Assembly (NCBI GenBank): GCA_043228905.1
Contig: JBHGNT010000016.1
Span: 12,648,001-12,712,000 of the forward strand
Reading direction: 5' to 3'
Source: Azolla caroliniana
Taxonomy: Eukaryota > Plantae > Polypodiophyta
DNA: 64,000 nucleotides
Numbering within the stretch: the stretch's first letter is position 1; each line of letters begins with the position of its first letter. The notes under the pieces were generated by a model that searched no databases, was not told where the DNA came from, and saw only the letters and a list, made by a program, of their open reading frames with translations. Position numbers and translations under genes: made by a program. Below are positions 10,880 through 24,900 of the stretch, one piece after another.

Positions 10880-12100
10880 CCCATAGGAGGGACATATTCC
10901 TAACAAACTTGAGGATGTGGATGCTTGTATATGTGGGGGTTGTGCTCCCTTCAACACCCCGCGACTTAGTTTTTCGACAGGTCGTCCTGGTAACTATGGT
11001 CAACCAATTGTACTTTTGCACATTTTGTTTCTGTGTTTGATTGTTCCATTTTCGATAGTGTTGCTTCACGTGTCCATAGTTATTGTTGAAAAAACACTTA
11101 GGTCTTCCTTGTGCATCATGCGTTGGCAGAGTCCTTCTTGATTGCAGTTGAGCGTTTGGGACATCGACTTCCATTGGTGTGGCGTTGCTATTGTACTACT
11201 TCTCGGGAGTGCAGCTGGATGACCAAGTCATCAGGAGCTCATTTTGTGTTATTGCTTCAATGTGTTGTGCAATGAGGATGGCTTCTTGAAATGTCTTAGG
11301 GCTATGGTCGCGCACTCGACGATATATATCCGGGCGTAGACGTGGCCATAAGAAGAATAGCTTCATTGATTTTGGCATTGTCGGATTTGCGCGGGTAAGT
11401 AATTGTTGTAATCGTATTGCAAATTGTGTTACTGGTTCATGTTGTTGTTGTTTGATTGTCTCTAGTTGCTACAAGGCCATTTGAGTTGAGTCATGGTGAG
11501 CGAAATTCCCGATCATGAGGGATTTAAGTATCGACCAATTGTTCTTGGCCTCCTCTGTTTGCTGTATGAACCATGTTGCTACGATGCCCTCCAATAACGT
11601 TCACATTTCTAGTGCTTTCTGTTTTCGGGCCACTGATGATAGCGTGCCACCATTTCAAAATGATCGAGCCAAGAAAGGATGTCCTCAGACGGTAGACCAT
11701 AGAAGGATTTAGGTCGTACTCGTGGATCTGGGCAATTAGCATGCATATCTGTCTATGAAGAGACAAAAGATAGCATGGCCCGATTAGTCAGATTTGATTG
11801 TATTGCGATGTTAGATACCGATTGTATTAGTTGATCTATCTGGAAAGTTTGACGGTTTTCTTGGTGCTGTTGCAAGAATTCTGGATTCATGTCGGTGATT
11901 TTTGTTACACTGTTGTTCTATATTGGGGATGCCATATGATGTATGCTAGTTTTGACTTGCTTGTGCCTACGTCTTGTTGTGTTGGGGATTCTTGTTGTTG
12001 TTGTGGTGGTGTCTGATCTGTTGGAGTAGCAACGTCTTGTTTTGTTGCGGTTCTTTCTTGATGTGGTGTTTGAGTGCGGCCTGCCTTCACCAAAGTTTGT
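10880..12100 (-). pseudogene. Retrotransposon gag remnant (Ty3/gypsy-like)
   Basis: QLETIKQQQHEPVTQFAIRL..LRPDIYRRV..PKTFQEAILIAQHIE, PMEVD, degenerate zinc knuckle KCFF..YGH; contains stops. Confidence 0.7.
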
Positions 12101-12474
12101 GAAATGCCTCAAACTCTCTTCCTTTCTTCCATTACATCTCAACTCTTTTATAGAGTCTCTTAGTACATTCCAAGATACCTTATGTTATCTTGGCACACTT
12201 ATAATTACTACTCTAGTTACCTCTAGGCTCTAACGAAACCCCTAACTAAACTAAGGTATAACTCTCCTAAACCTAGGTATAGTTTCTTGGGTTAAGTGAG
12301 GGGTTTGGCCCATGTGGTTTTAGCAAGCGATCCCACAATATAATATCATAGTTACCATGTGATGAAGAGGTTTGAACCCATCATGAATGACCACCATTCT
12401 TACATACATACATACATACATATTAAGAAGAAGAAGAAGAGATTATTAAGGGCCCTTCTTACATACATACATAT

Positions 12475-12505
<31 letters not shown>

Positions 12506-12598
12506 AAGAGATTATTAATGAAGAAGAAAGGGGTAATTTTGTAAATTTCATTCTAAGAACGACATCCCGAATTTTAGGGTTAGGGTTGGTTTGCAGAA

Positions 12599-12629
<31 letters not shown>

Positions 12630-12715
12630 AGGTAAAAAGAATTCTAGGGTTTCGGCAATCTGTCAGGGATTTCTTCCTTCTCTCTGCCGTCTTCCTTCTG
12701 CCTGGTGTCTGTCTG

Positions 12716-12760
<45 letters not shown>

Positions 12761-12855
12761 GTTCGTGTGTCTCGACGCCTTCTTTGGTTTGGATTTCTGC
12801 TTCGCTCGGCTTTTGTTTTCTTCTGCCATCGTCGTTCTCTTCACCTGTCAACAAG

Positions 12856-15800
12856 ATGGAGGACATCTCGGGTGAAGCAGTGAAGCTTTTCGTGGGCCAG
12901 GTGCCTCGCCACATGACAGAAGAAGAGCTTCTCCCGATGTTCAAAGAAGCCGGACCTGTGCAAGAGGTCATCATCATCAAGGATAAAACCACCAAAGCTT
13001 CTCGGGGTAAGCTTCCCAAGAATCTCTTCAGGTTGCATTGTTTCTTTGTTTTTTCTGTCTGTCTGTCTGTCTCTTTCTGTTGTTAGGCATATGTCCTTAC
13101 GAAACAGAACTTTTTTTGAATTTGTATGTATGTTTCAATAACGTCTGTTTTGAGAAGACGTCCCCTTTCTCTAGACAGACAGCATTTTGCAGTCTTCAGC
13201 ATAACCGTGTTTCCTTTCTCTCGAAGAATTTTAGCATAACGATGTTCTTCCTCCTTTCTATCTACTTGTCTTTTCTAAGCGGACTGGATACAGAAACATT
13301 ATGTACATTTGAGAAATTATGCTTTGTACACTGTTTAAACTAATTTTCACTACCAGGAAATATCCTAGAAAAAATAAAAAGAAATCTCTGTAAGTTTGCA
13401 GACTCACTGAAATTTTAATCTCACATCATACATAGATATGCGCCTAAACATTAAAGTTGACACATCCTGTTGGCAGCATCAACTCTCCATGCTCTTCTGG
13501 CTATGACTGGTGTAACACGTAAAAGTACACAATGCCATCAAAGAGTAAGAAAATCTGCCAGTGAAAGGATGATGAACAATCTATGTATCATCAATAACTG
13601 GGCTGCTGCTGCTTGAAAAGGCTAATGGTCGTCTAGATACTGAATTCTATTGCTATTCTACTATAGAGTAGTCACTGAGAAAGATGAATGAAATTCTTTT
13701 TAAGGGCAATGGTCTACTAAGACCTCTGAATTTTCTACATCAGACATCTGGAACTATATTTTAAGATCCATACAATGATGGAATTTTGGCACTAAAGTGG
13801 CTTTACTGTTCGCTATTCTATGAGGTGTTAAACTGAAACGAACAATTTGATGTAGTTGTGTATCAGATTCAAAGAAGTCAAATTTAAGCATGTTACTAAA
13901 AGTTTAGTTTCTTATTACTGTTAACATGCAGACTGATTGTATGCCTAAATGTTTAGGATGCTGCTTCGTCATCTATGAAAGCAAAGAAGTGGCAGATAAT
14001 GCGATTGAAATATTCAATAACAAACGCAAACTACCTCCTGTATGAATTTTTATACTTGCAATTGTTGTATAAATTTTTTCAAAGGTAAAGCTTTTTTTGA
14101 TCACGTCTCTTGGCCGCCCTTATAGCTTTCGACCCCTTTGCAAGTGAAATATGCTGAAGGTGAACTTGAGAAACTTGGTCAGTATATCTTGTTTTGTTTG
14201 TTCTTATCTTTACTCTTTATATTACAATTATACTTATAAATGCAAACTCATTGAGTATAATTGTGGGAGTTGCAGAGCATAAGCTATTTGTTGGGATGCT
14301 TCCAAAGAGTGTTACGGAAGAGGACTTAACTATGGCATTCTCTCCTTTTGGGGTTATTAAGGAGCTTACTGTGATCAAGGGCTCACAAGCAAGCAAAGGT
14401 AAGAAACAAGACTAAGGTGTTCCCGGTTTATGATTCTATAATTGGTGTTTAGACATGCAGAGTTAAAGTCTTGTTTGTTAAAAATTAAAGTTGGATCACT
14501 GATGGTATTTCATTGTTATTATTACTCTGCTTTATTTTGATAATTTGGTAGATTATGTTTCCCAGAGAAATATTTTCTTGGTTATAGTTATTTTAATATG
14601 CGCCTCATAACACCACATTCCACATGTCTGCCCAGGATGTGCATTTGTTAAATACGAAAATAAGGATCAGGCAGTTGCTGCTATTAAGGCTTTGAATGAG
14701 ACTTACAAAATGGAGGTGTGTTTAGATTTCTTATAATTTTCTTTCATTTGTACGTTTCTAGTTTTGCAATAAACTTTCCAAGCACCTTTTAGTTACATGA
14801 AAATCCTTATCATCTGATAAGAAAATAGTCTTTGGCCTTCATGTTTGCCAAAATTGTGCATTTCTTGCTTTTGGCTTTTGTTTACTGTTTACTCTGAGAG
14901 GGAATCACATGACTCTGTTGAAGAATCCTCCAGGGTTCCTCGACTGCATTAGTAGTGAAATGGGCGGATACTGAGAAAGAAAAACAAGCTCGCAAACAAC
15001 AAAAGCCTCAAGTTTCCACAGCAGTGCCAGCTCAGCCTGCACCATCATATGGATTTGTTCCAGGATCATATCCTGTCCCAGCTCCTGTAAATGGGTATGG
15101 ATATCAGGTGATGTAACTTTTAAAGGATGCAGATCTTCTTCAGTGCATTTATAAGATTTAGTTATCGTTCATTCATAATGGGTAAACGATATTTAGAACT
15201 ATGATTTCTTGAAAATGTGAAAATAGAGAGAGTAAGTAGGAAATGGTATTTTATGGACAGAAAATGGACTATCCGAAATTCAAATTAATTAATCCTGAAA
15301 TTGCCTGTCTCAGTCATAAGCTGTAAACTAACCAGCGTACTATTTTGTGTAAACTGTTAAGTATTTTTAGTTGGAAGAACAAAGGATTATGTAACATACA
15401 AGGTAGTCAATCCTATTATCACTTACAATCTATAAAGTAGATTCCAGGGGGTTTGATTGTTCCTTTTGTAGATGCATGCAGTTCAGTGTTTATATTATAG
15501 ATGTAGTCAATGGGAAGTTTCCTTTCAATACCGATGACAAGCAGAAGTGATGTGGATTTTTAATTCAGTCCTTTATGTAAGTTGTATTCTAGTGATTCGA
15601 CGATTCGTGATGATGTACTTATGGAGATTCTGTAAATACGCTGATATAGTAATGTACATCATACAGGGTTACTGGGAAATGAATTATTTCATGCATATTA
15701 AGTGGGCTACTTATTTACAATAGCAATTGCTGCCAGAAAGAGAAATGATAACTTCATTGCTCACATTCTTTGCCACATACTCAATCCTCCGGCTATGTAT

Positions 15801-17191
15801 TTATGAGTTGTAGCATATCAATGTGTAAACATTTGTCCAAAATAGCTCAGCTGTATGGATAATGACTTTCAAAGTAAGCACGATAGTGGTCGTACAACTA
15901 TTTGTTTAGGTAAGGTCGTCAACTACCGTGAAAAAAGATTGAGTGAGTCTGTGCCAGAATTATTTTTAGTTATTAACTCTGAATGGGGTAATTGATGAGC
16001 TACTTTCCCTTTGAGTATCATGCTTAAATTTTTCTTACATATGTGGCCAAAGTAGTGTGCTTGAAATATAAATTGTACTCCTAAAACATTGCTGATTAGT
16101 GTCTTAAATTTTGATGTATGATGTTTATCTCTGTAAAATATATTGTGCAAGTTCCTTTCAAAACTGATACTTGACCATCTCTCTTAGGAAATGAATGTAA
16201 TAAATTGGGAGACAAATGTTGGTATATAGTATAAATTAGGATATGTTCCCCCCAGGCCTTAATTTGTAATTCGTAGTTATGTCACTATTAAATAATTTTT
16301 GAAAGCAGCCTCTCCATGTTTGTGTTGTTCAGGCACAAAATCCATATGGCCTATCATCATACTCTGCTGCTCCCTTGATTGGTCAGTCTGCTGTTCCTGG
16401 AGCCATGCTAGGAGCACCCACGACTGGACCTGTTTCTGCTGCTAACTATGATATGACCACATCTAATCCCCTTCTGGCATCAAACTATGGACAATCTCAA
16501 CCACCCAACTATGGGCAATCTCAACCATCAAACTATGGACAAACTCAACCATCAAATTATGGGCAATCTCAACCATCTAGCTATGGTTACAACAGCTTTC
16601 CTGGTATTCAGTATCCAACAGCACAACAAGCCAGTTATCCGGCACAAGTAAGCACCCCTAGTTTATATCAAAGTACTGGATTGCCTAATGTTGGCATGGG
16701 ATCATCTATGAGCATGCTTCCTTCTGCAAAGACTCCAGTTTCTCCACAGGTTGAAGGTATTGTAAGGAAGAATGTTACTGTCCTATTATTATTTTTTGAC
16801 ATTTATTTTTGAAATGTATGAGCATTTGCACCCTTTAGGTCCACCTGGTGCCAATCTGTTCATTTATCATCTCCCCGCTGATTTTGGTGATTATGATCTA
16901 ACAACAACATTCCAACCATTTGGCAAGGTTGTTAGCGCTAAGGTCTTTATTGATAAGAACACTGGTCTAAGTAAATGTTTTGGTAAGTATTTTTCCACAT
17001 TTCTCTTAAAAACTGTTTTAAAACTATTATTTGAATGTGTCTCAAAATCTTAATTGATATCAGGTTTTGTTAGTTATGATACATCTGGTGCTGCACAATC
17101 TGCAATTGCTGCTATGAATGGTGCTCCGCTGGGAGGGAAAAGACTAAAGGTGCAGCTGAAAAAGGATAGCAGACAGAATAAACCATATTAA
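12856..17191 (+). CDS. BRN1: CELF/Bruno-like RNA-binding protein with three RRMs (BRN1/BRN2-like), 9 coding exons
   Basis: Exons 12856-13006, 13957-14039, 14126-14177, 14276-14398, 14636-14715, 14934-15107, 16333-16756, 16839-16982, 17064-17191, all GT-AG and in frame. Motifs [70 protein letters not shown]. Confidence 0.92.
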
Positions 17192-20100
17192 TGGTGCTAT
17201 CATCACTAAAGAATTCAGAGTGTAGGCACATGTTGAGTCAGACAGTCTTCTCACCACGTGTGCAATTAGTCTTCCTGAGCACAAATCCACATATGATTGC
17301 TTACCCTGGACTCTGGTGGCCGCTGAACTGTACCAGCTGCTGAATGAATTCCTATAACAGAGACTCATTCCGGTAGCAGCTGATTCTGAAGGTGTGGGGC
17401 TTTAGGTCCTTCTGAAGTAAAAATCTTTCAGATTTTTCCATGTAACCAGACAACACTTTTTTGTGGAGCATAATGTTCTTGCATTAGACACTAAATGTTG
17501 TTAGCAGTGAACGTGCATTGATTGATATATGTCAGTCAATATGACATGTTTGCCAACTATCTATGTTTTCTTGTGAGGGTTATGTGATTTTGTTTGTTTT
17601 AAGTGTCTTTTTTGTTGAGTTCGTGATGTGAATTCTGAATTTACTGTGAGTGTTTGTGAAGTTCAAAAGTCATGTCACAGTGGTATTGTTACACTTCGTT
17701 TGTATAAAGTGGGCATCTGTGCAACGTGGATAATATACGCTAAAGTTTGTGCCGAGCTATGTTTCGTGGCGAGTCCATAATTCTCAGGTATTTTGAATAA
17801 TTTGTTGTGTTCCTTATTTCTTTCTGTGTGAGTTTTTTGGGGTCTGTCTATAGATGGCAGTAAATGTTATGTTGGGTTCTGCTTCTGGCAATGAGCTGTG
17901 CATCAGGTTTTTAGTACTAGTTTCATGGCAAATGTAAGATTAGGAGTTCTCAAATTTTAAACCCATAAGGTTAGGAGCTGACAATTTTTAAACCTTGTAC
18001 TAATACATCGACTTGTTTATGCAGGCTTGATTCAGCACCTGGCTTGTAAGTTATCTGAGGTGAAGTTGATAAAATCAATTCTTTGTAGTGAACTCTGTCG
18101 TGGTGTTTTATGGAAAGTTCACAAATGGCGCCATGAACGATTATTTTGGGTTGTCTTGGATTTTGAGGGAAATGTCAAATAGCTCATTTGCAGTTAATAT
18201 GAATGTTTTGATTTTTAATTGGCTGTTTTACAAATATAGTGTTGCAGGAGCCAGATGGTTATGAAAAGAAACAGTATATTCTTAGTTCTTTCATAATAGG
18301 GCAAAATTGTAGGAGCAGCTCTGGCTGGATAAATAGAGCTTTTGAGGGTTCTGACTCATGGGTCTATTGTGTTTAATCTTAGTACACATCTTATCATATA
18401 TGATCATTCTTACAGTTCCCCTAAATGAACCCAAAGACTAGTAATACAGCTGAAGAGATATTTTACGAGAGGCATTTTGTGTAAGGTGTTCAATTTCTGA
18501 AGTACACATTATGAAACATGGATTATTTAGGCGTTATAATGAATTTTTTGTAAGTCTAAGCTCACTAGTTGACATCTTGAGTGTTGATTCACAGTTTACA
18601 CCTTTGTGTTTTGTATTACCTATTTTGAGATTTGGCTTTTATTGCTATGTCTATAAACCCTCAAATCCAGGAATCCATTCTGATTATGATTTTTTATAAT
18701 TGGGGCAGTATACATGCCAAGCTTATCCATTCATATCCATAATATTTCTGTTCTCAATTTATTGCATGTTATATTTTATATATATACAAAACATGCAATA
18801 ATGTGCTTGTATCTCACCTGGTGCATATATGAAAGTAATGAAGGAAAGAAGTTCATATTTGCATTGCATGCGGCCTTTTATCTGGCTGATTTGTAAATGA
18901 TAAGTGCATTTTTGGTGCCCCTATATTGTTCCATTGACACCGAGTATAGCAAGAGAAAAGGCTTGAAACATTGAAGCCAAAAGTCTCTGCAGGAGTTTAA
19001 TGCTGAGTTGATAATAATGCAACTTCATTCATTCTGGTCTTCAACACAAGCCTCAAGCAAACCAATAATTGCCAGGCATCAGGTCCTGAGTGAAGTCTTA
19101 AATATGAAAGCATGAAGTCTCAAGAGTGATGATATGAGTTGATAATGATGTGGTTCTGGTATTTTACACAGGCCTTGAGCAAACCAATAAAGCTCAACTG
19201 AAGATGACCGATATAAAAAATCCTAGCAACATTGTCCATTTTGCTAGTCATGTGTGTCAATAATATTTCAAAATATAGGACGGGCAATTGATAAGCTGAG
19301 CTGTAAGGTAGAATCCATACATGTTTTTGATGTAGGACAATAGCCACAATTATTATCTAATCATGTCGATGGAAACCCAACTAAACCTCATTTGAAAGTA
19401 AATTAATGAGAATTTTGTTAAGAAAAATAAATAATTTTTGGTTGATTATCCTAAGTTTCTTAATAAGAAAAATGATTGTTGCAAGGAAGGTTGTTATACC
19501 CCATATTTGATCCTAGAGATTCATGAATATAAATACTCAATCCAAGTGGAGGATGCCATTTTTTCCATCACTTAAAATAATGCCCACCCTTTTGACTCTA
19601 GATATGACAGTACAATATTTTAAACACCAACAATGACATTAAGTCTATAATCAATTATCAAACGTCTGCTGGACGAGTATGAATGAACAAATATTATATA
19701 TTCTATATTCAATAATATGGGCGTGTTTACAAAATTACAATAATCTTCTTCTACCATTTTGGGAAGCACATCATAGCTAAATTATTCCAATTAAATACCT
19801 TCTAATACTTTCCTGTTCATAATTGATCACTATCATCACCACAATAAATAACTTAACTTGGCAATTCCTCCACATTATTTTTATTCCCAGCACAGCAAAT
19901 TTGTACATGTTATCAGTTATTTTATTCATCTGATATTCATACCTGAGATAATCAATAAATATTGCTGTGCCTGTCAAGCAAAGACAATTTTTTTCTACAC
20001 CCAAACCTGGATGATTGCATAATAACCTGAAGTTTAGAGTGGGATGCTACTAATTGCATAAGAGTTAAAATATGATCCTTCAGCCACGTTGCAGCAAATT

Positions 20101-20702
20101 ATCTACCAATTCTCAGCATTTGCCATGTGTAGGAGGAGACAGTGAACATACTCCAAAAAGAAAGAATAAAATATCCCCAAGAGAGCAAACCAACTGCATA
20201 CTCTGATATCATAGAGAAATTGAACACTACTGTATAGTCAATAATATGGGCATTTCCAATTTTTTTCTTTGATAATTTTCAAGAATCATTATAATTTATA
20301 GTCCAAAAAATAAATAAGCTCTATATTCCATAATACAAACTTTTTCAATTATCTTCTTCCGATCACTTTCCAGTCCATAATCAGTATGCCATTATTACAT
20401 ATGATTAATCATTGTAGTCACTGCACTAAATAATCAACTTTGGCAATGCTGCAATCATCCATATTATTTTTCTTCCCGAAATAGACATTCTATACATTTT
20501 GTCAGGCATTCTATTCATCTGATCCAACTATTAATGCCTGACATAAATCTATATACATAATTGCTGTACATTTGCAATGCAATCAAGTAATCAATTCTCA
20601 TATTTGTCGATAGAAGGACCATTTTTTCCTACTACACCTTCAAACATATAACATATATCTAAAAGAATCTATATAAACAATACCCAATGCAAACTCTGAT
20701 AA

Positions 20703-22715
20703 TTACATACTATTAAGATTAGTTGTGAGATATTCATTCACTGGTATGGTGTTTGCACCACCATACCAGTCTATGAGGTATATGTCCTGTATTTTCAGAG
20801 CGTAGAAGTTGAAATTATGATCCTTTGGCCAGGCTGCAGCAACATGTCTATCAATTCTTAGTATTTTCCATGTGTAAGAGACCACCAACATACATAAAAC
20901 AGGAGGAAAATAGACTCGATTCTTTAAAAACATAACCACAGGTTTTGAAATTGGTACCTTTCATCTCAGGATGCCTTGAGAACAGAGCCAGTTTTGCAAA
21001 GCTTGCTTCTTGCATGCTTCCGTCTATGACACGCATCTGTGTGGATGAAAAATAACTTAAAAAAAGAGAATCACAACTTGTGTGTGTGTGTATATATATT
21101 ATATATAAATATAGATTTCTGAGAGGTATATCAATATGTGCATCAACGTACATCTATCATGCATACTTCTACACATACTGATACAATTAGGTATATGTAT
21201 AACATCCACGCAAATATGCAATGTATTAACACCCCTGCATACAATAGGAGATTCACTCACCCAGTTTCAAAACATGGATATGGATGCACCCATATGCCAC
21301 TTTCTGCATATGCATATCAATGCAGACAATTGGAGATTGCAGTTTTTACAACAGTAAAAAATCACACCTACATTATATAATGTTGAAAAAACAGCCAGAA
21401 TCATAGAAAAACAGCAGTAGTTTACAAGACCTGTCCTGAGAGGGTGATCTTAGCACAAACTGGGTTCTCAGTATCCTTGTTGCCACAAGTTCCTAAAGGG
21501 GCCTCACTGATGGTCAATGATGAATATGGAATGATAGCCAAATCTCGTGGTGTAGGATCAAGACTCGATAGATAAAAGTAAGGTATGCCAGTTGAGTTCT
21601 CCACAGGACCATCACTGTAGGAAGCTACATTCCTGAAATTTTGTGAAACAATTCAAAACACATGAATGAATAAAGCCCTTCACTCCTAAACAATACAAGT
21701 CCTTTGACACAAAGGTATTAGAATCATACCCAAATGGAATACCATTGAGATGAACTGACACAGTGCTGCAAATTAAACACAACGAAGAGTTGAACTCAAT
21801 TTCATGGATACTGAATTTAAATAGGAATTCATTATGCACAATGATTCAAAGCAATATAAAAGTTTCTGCTTTCTCAACACAAACAACAGTGATCTAGTTT
21901 AAGATAATGATAATACTCTTCTTGGCAGTAAACCTATCATTACCTTGTACTATGAATGTTCTAATCTCTTGAAAGTACTGAAAAAGTCTAGTTAAATTTT
22001 GCACTAGGATTACTAAAAGGATATTCAGTTCAATCCTAGTGGCCTTTAATAGAAGGATATCTTATTAGCTCTAAGTCATGTTCTTCAGCAATAGGGTATA
22101 TAAAGATAAATTTAATCTTCTCCAAACTCCATATTCTAATCTGAATGGTGTACTAATCTATACAAAATATCAACGAAATCGCTTGATTAAGCTTTACAAC
22201 ATATCTTTTTAATCTCTGCATAAGGTTCACATGCTTCATATCATATTAGGGCTTTATTTCACAAACTTATGTTGCTCAGTCAGCTTAAGGGACTTTAAGA
22301 AAACTGATCAATAAGATTTCAGTGTAGCGAGAGGAATTCACTGCAAGAACATGCTGAATAAAACAATGAGATTTTCAGAAAATCAGGGTGGGTTTCTTTG
22401 ATCCGAGAACTGAATTTAGTCTTTATTTGAACCGAGAACTCAAAAGGGTTTTCGTTTAGCTGACAGATGGAATTAGGTCATTATGAGCTGAAATTAAGTT
22501 CCACTGGAAAAACGAGAAATAAAGCAGAGATGGATTTGGAACCTGATAACACCCCAATCGTTGGATCGAACCAACCATCTGGCCATGGCCCAAGCATCAT
22601 CTGGATCCGGGCGCCCAATCTGACGAAGCCGTCCATATGCCTCAAGCTTAACAGGGCACAGGAAGAAGAAGAAGAGGAGGAAGACGGATATGGAGATGGA
22701 GATTTGCATACCCAA
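20703..22715 (-). CDS. CREG1-like secreted protein (pyridoxamine 5'-phosphate oxidase-like fold), 5 exons
   Basis: Exons 22715-22543, 21765-21730, 21632-21431, 21036-20958, 20833-20703. Signal peptide, then RPDPDDAWAMARWLV..WGVIST, PFGNVASYSDG..GIPYFYLSSLDPT, ENPVCAKITLSG, LFSRHPEM.AWPKDHNF..LIDWYGG. The last-exon end is uncertain. Confidence 0.88.
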
Positions 22716-22862
22716 AAGCTTCTGTATCTGCCGCTATGTCTTCGATACCTCTCTCTCTCTGTCTCTCTGTGTCAAGCCTTCTCTTCTGTATTTAAAATTT
22801 GGACCCCTCTCTCCCTCTCTCTCTCATGCAACAAACAATTTTCCATTCATTCATTAAGCTTT

Positions 22863-22895
<33 letters not shown>

Positions 22896-22950
22896 GCAAT
22901 AATAATAATAATACCTCCTCTCTCTCTTTTTGTTTACTCATGCAATTTTA

Positions 22951-23001
<51 letters not shown>

Positions 23002-24329
23002 GTGAAAACACGCGGTTGTGTCGCAGCTCTCCAGTATTGTGAAATTTAGAACAATATCTGTAGCTCTTCATTTGGAGCATTTTGAACATACCGAGCAGAA
23101 ACCCATTGTGGAGAACTCAAATAACAACGGGTCAAAACATGTCATATATACGATAAGTACTTCCAAATGATGCGTGCTATATATAGGGCATTTAATGAAC
23201 CCAATGTGTACAAATCCTCCAATGGAATGGTGCAAAAGAAGCACGTGGGTAACCCTAGTCCTTTGTCTCCTTAAGGTTGAACCTAACTGGACCAACCCCC
23301 CACCAATCATGACTCTCCATATGAATTGCCTTTGCACAAAATGGCAAATGGGAATGCTAATCACGTTGCAATATTTGTCACCACCTTGCATTTGACGTAC
23401 ATTCTACAACTTTTTTGCTTTAGGTAACAATTAAGATAATGATGTCGTTACGTGATGATACGATATATTTGTAGTGACCTATAACAAGCGTGTATAATCC
23501 TTTAACTGGCAATCCACCCAAGGTGCATCGTTTGTTTTCATTGGCAAAAATCCACGCGATAATGGTATAACTTGTAATTTCTCCCAAATAAATCCATAAT
23601 TTGGGGGAATACGTAACTATCATTTAGCATCTTCTATTCTGACAACTTTTGAGATTCACTATCAACCATATCCCCCAAGTCTACAACCCCCAATTGAAAT
23701 AAACGACTAAATTGAGATATGAGCTTCTCTCTGTTTCTCTTTATGCACAAGCCCATGTATGCATTATTTGCAAGTGCTCATGCAATAGGTTTGGGTCACT
23801 TCAGCCTAAACTCAAACCATTTAAGAAACTTGACACTTCAACCCAACCATGAAGTTGTTTAAACCAAAACCTTTTAGGGTATCAAATCGAAATGGCTTTA
23901 AGAGATTGGCAAACGGTGTTAACAAATATCTTGCGTTAATGCGTCCACAATCCTTCAAGTAACAGTTTTCTAACTAGAAGTCTTAAATTCTTCAATAAGA
24001 AGTTTCCTAATAATTCTCTAACAGAAAGTTGTTATTTTTTAAAGCACGGAAAGGACAGAATATTGGATTGGAAATGGTATACCATATTATGTTAATATGC
24101 TACAACTTTTGATTTCATAAAGTTAATTAATAATTCAAAAATGTGCTTAAGTTACCTGAACCATTAAGCCCTAAGTTAATTCATAATTCAAAAATATCCT
24201 ATTAACTTGAACCAATATACAAAAGTTCAAATTAAATCAAAGTACATGACAATGGAGTGGAAAGTTCGCCCAACAACAAACCCACTCTTATATGATAGTG
24301 ATAGGGTGATGAAAGAGATAAGAAATGAC

Positions 24330-24900
24330 ATCAAGTCAGAGGTGGCTTTGAAAGAATTAATGGCAGATGGCCACATCGAGGATTCCTTCACGCAAGTTCC
24401 GGAGACTTGGGTAGTTGTAGAGAGCCAACGTGAGACCCAAGAGATGGAAGGTGGTATTAAGGAGAAGGACTAAGATGGTGTGCACAACATCGAGGCGAAG
24501 ATAGATATTGACGAGTCGATGGTGAATGATGACAATGACAAGACTTTCCCCTCACTGGTTCCAGAGACTTGGGCAGTTGCGTCCGAGAACCAATAGAAGA
24601 CCCAAGAGATGGAAGGTGGCAACAAGGGGGAGTTCCAATCTAATGTGAATGATGACATCAAGACAAAGGTGTCGAAGGCGATTGACCAAAGACAAATGGA
24701 TTCCTTCACACACGTTCTAGAGACTTAGGCAGTTGTGGTTCAAAGCCAACGTGAGACCCAAGAGACAGAAGGTGATGGCGGGGAAGCAAAGGTGATAGCC
24801 GACGCAAATAGTGGCCAACAAACACATATGGATCTCTCCACACTCGTTCTGGAGACTTGGGCATTAACCGATGTAAGACCCAAGAGAAGGACAATGACGA
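24330..24900 (+). repeat. Degenerate 130-160 bp tandem repeat (4 copies) with a decayed peptide repeat
   Basis: GATTCCTTC..GTTCC(G/A)GAGACTTGGG(T/C)AGTTG at about 24381, 24542, 24699 and 24831; reads DSFTQVPETW..SQRETQEMEGG. Confidence 0.6.
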
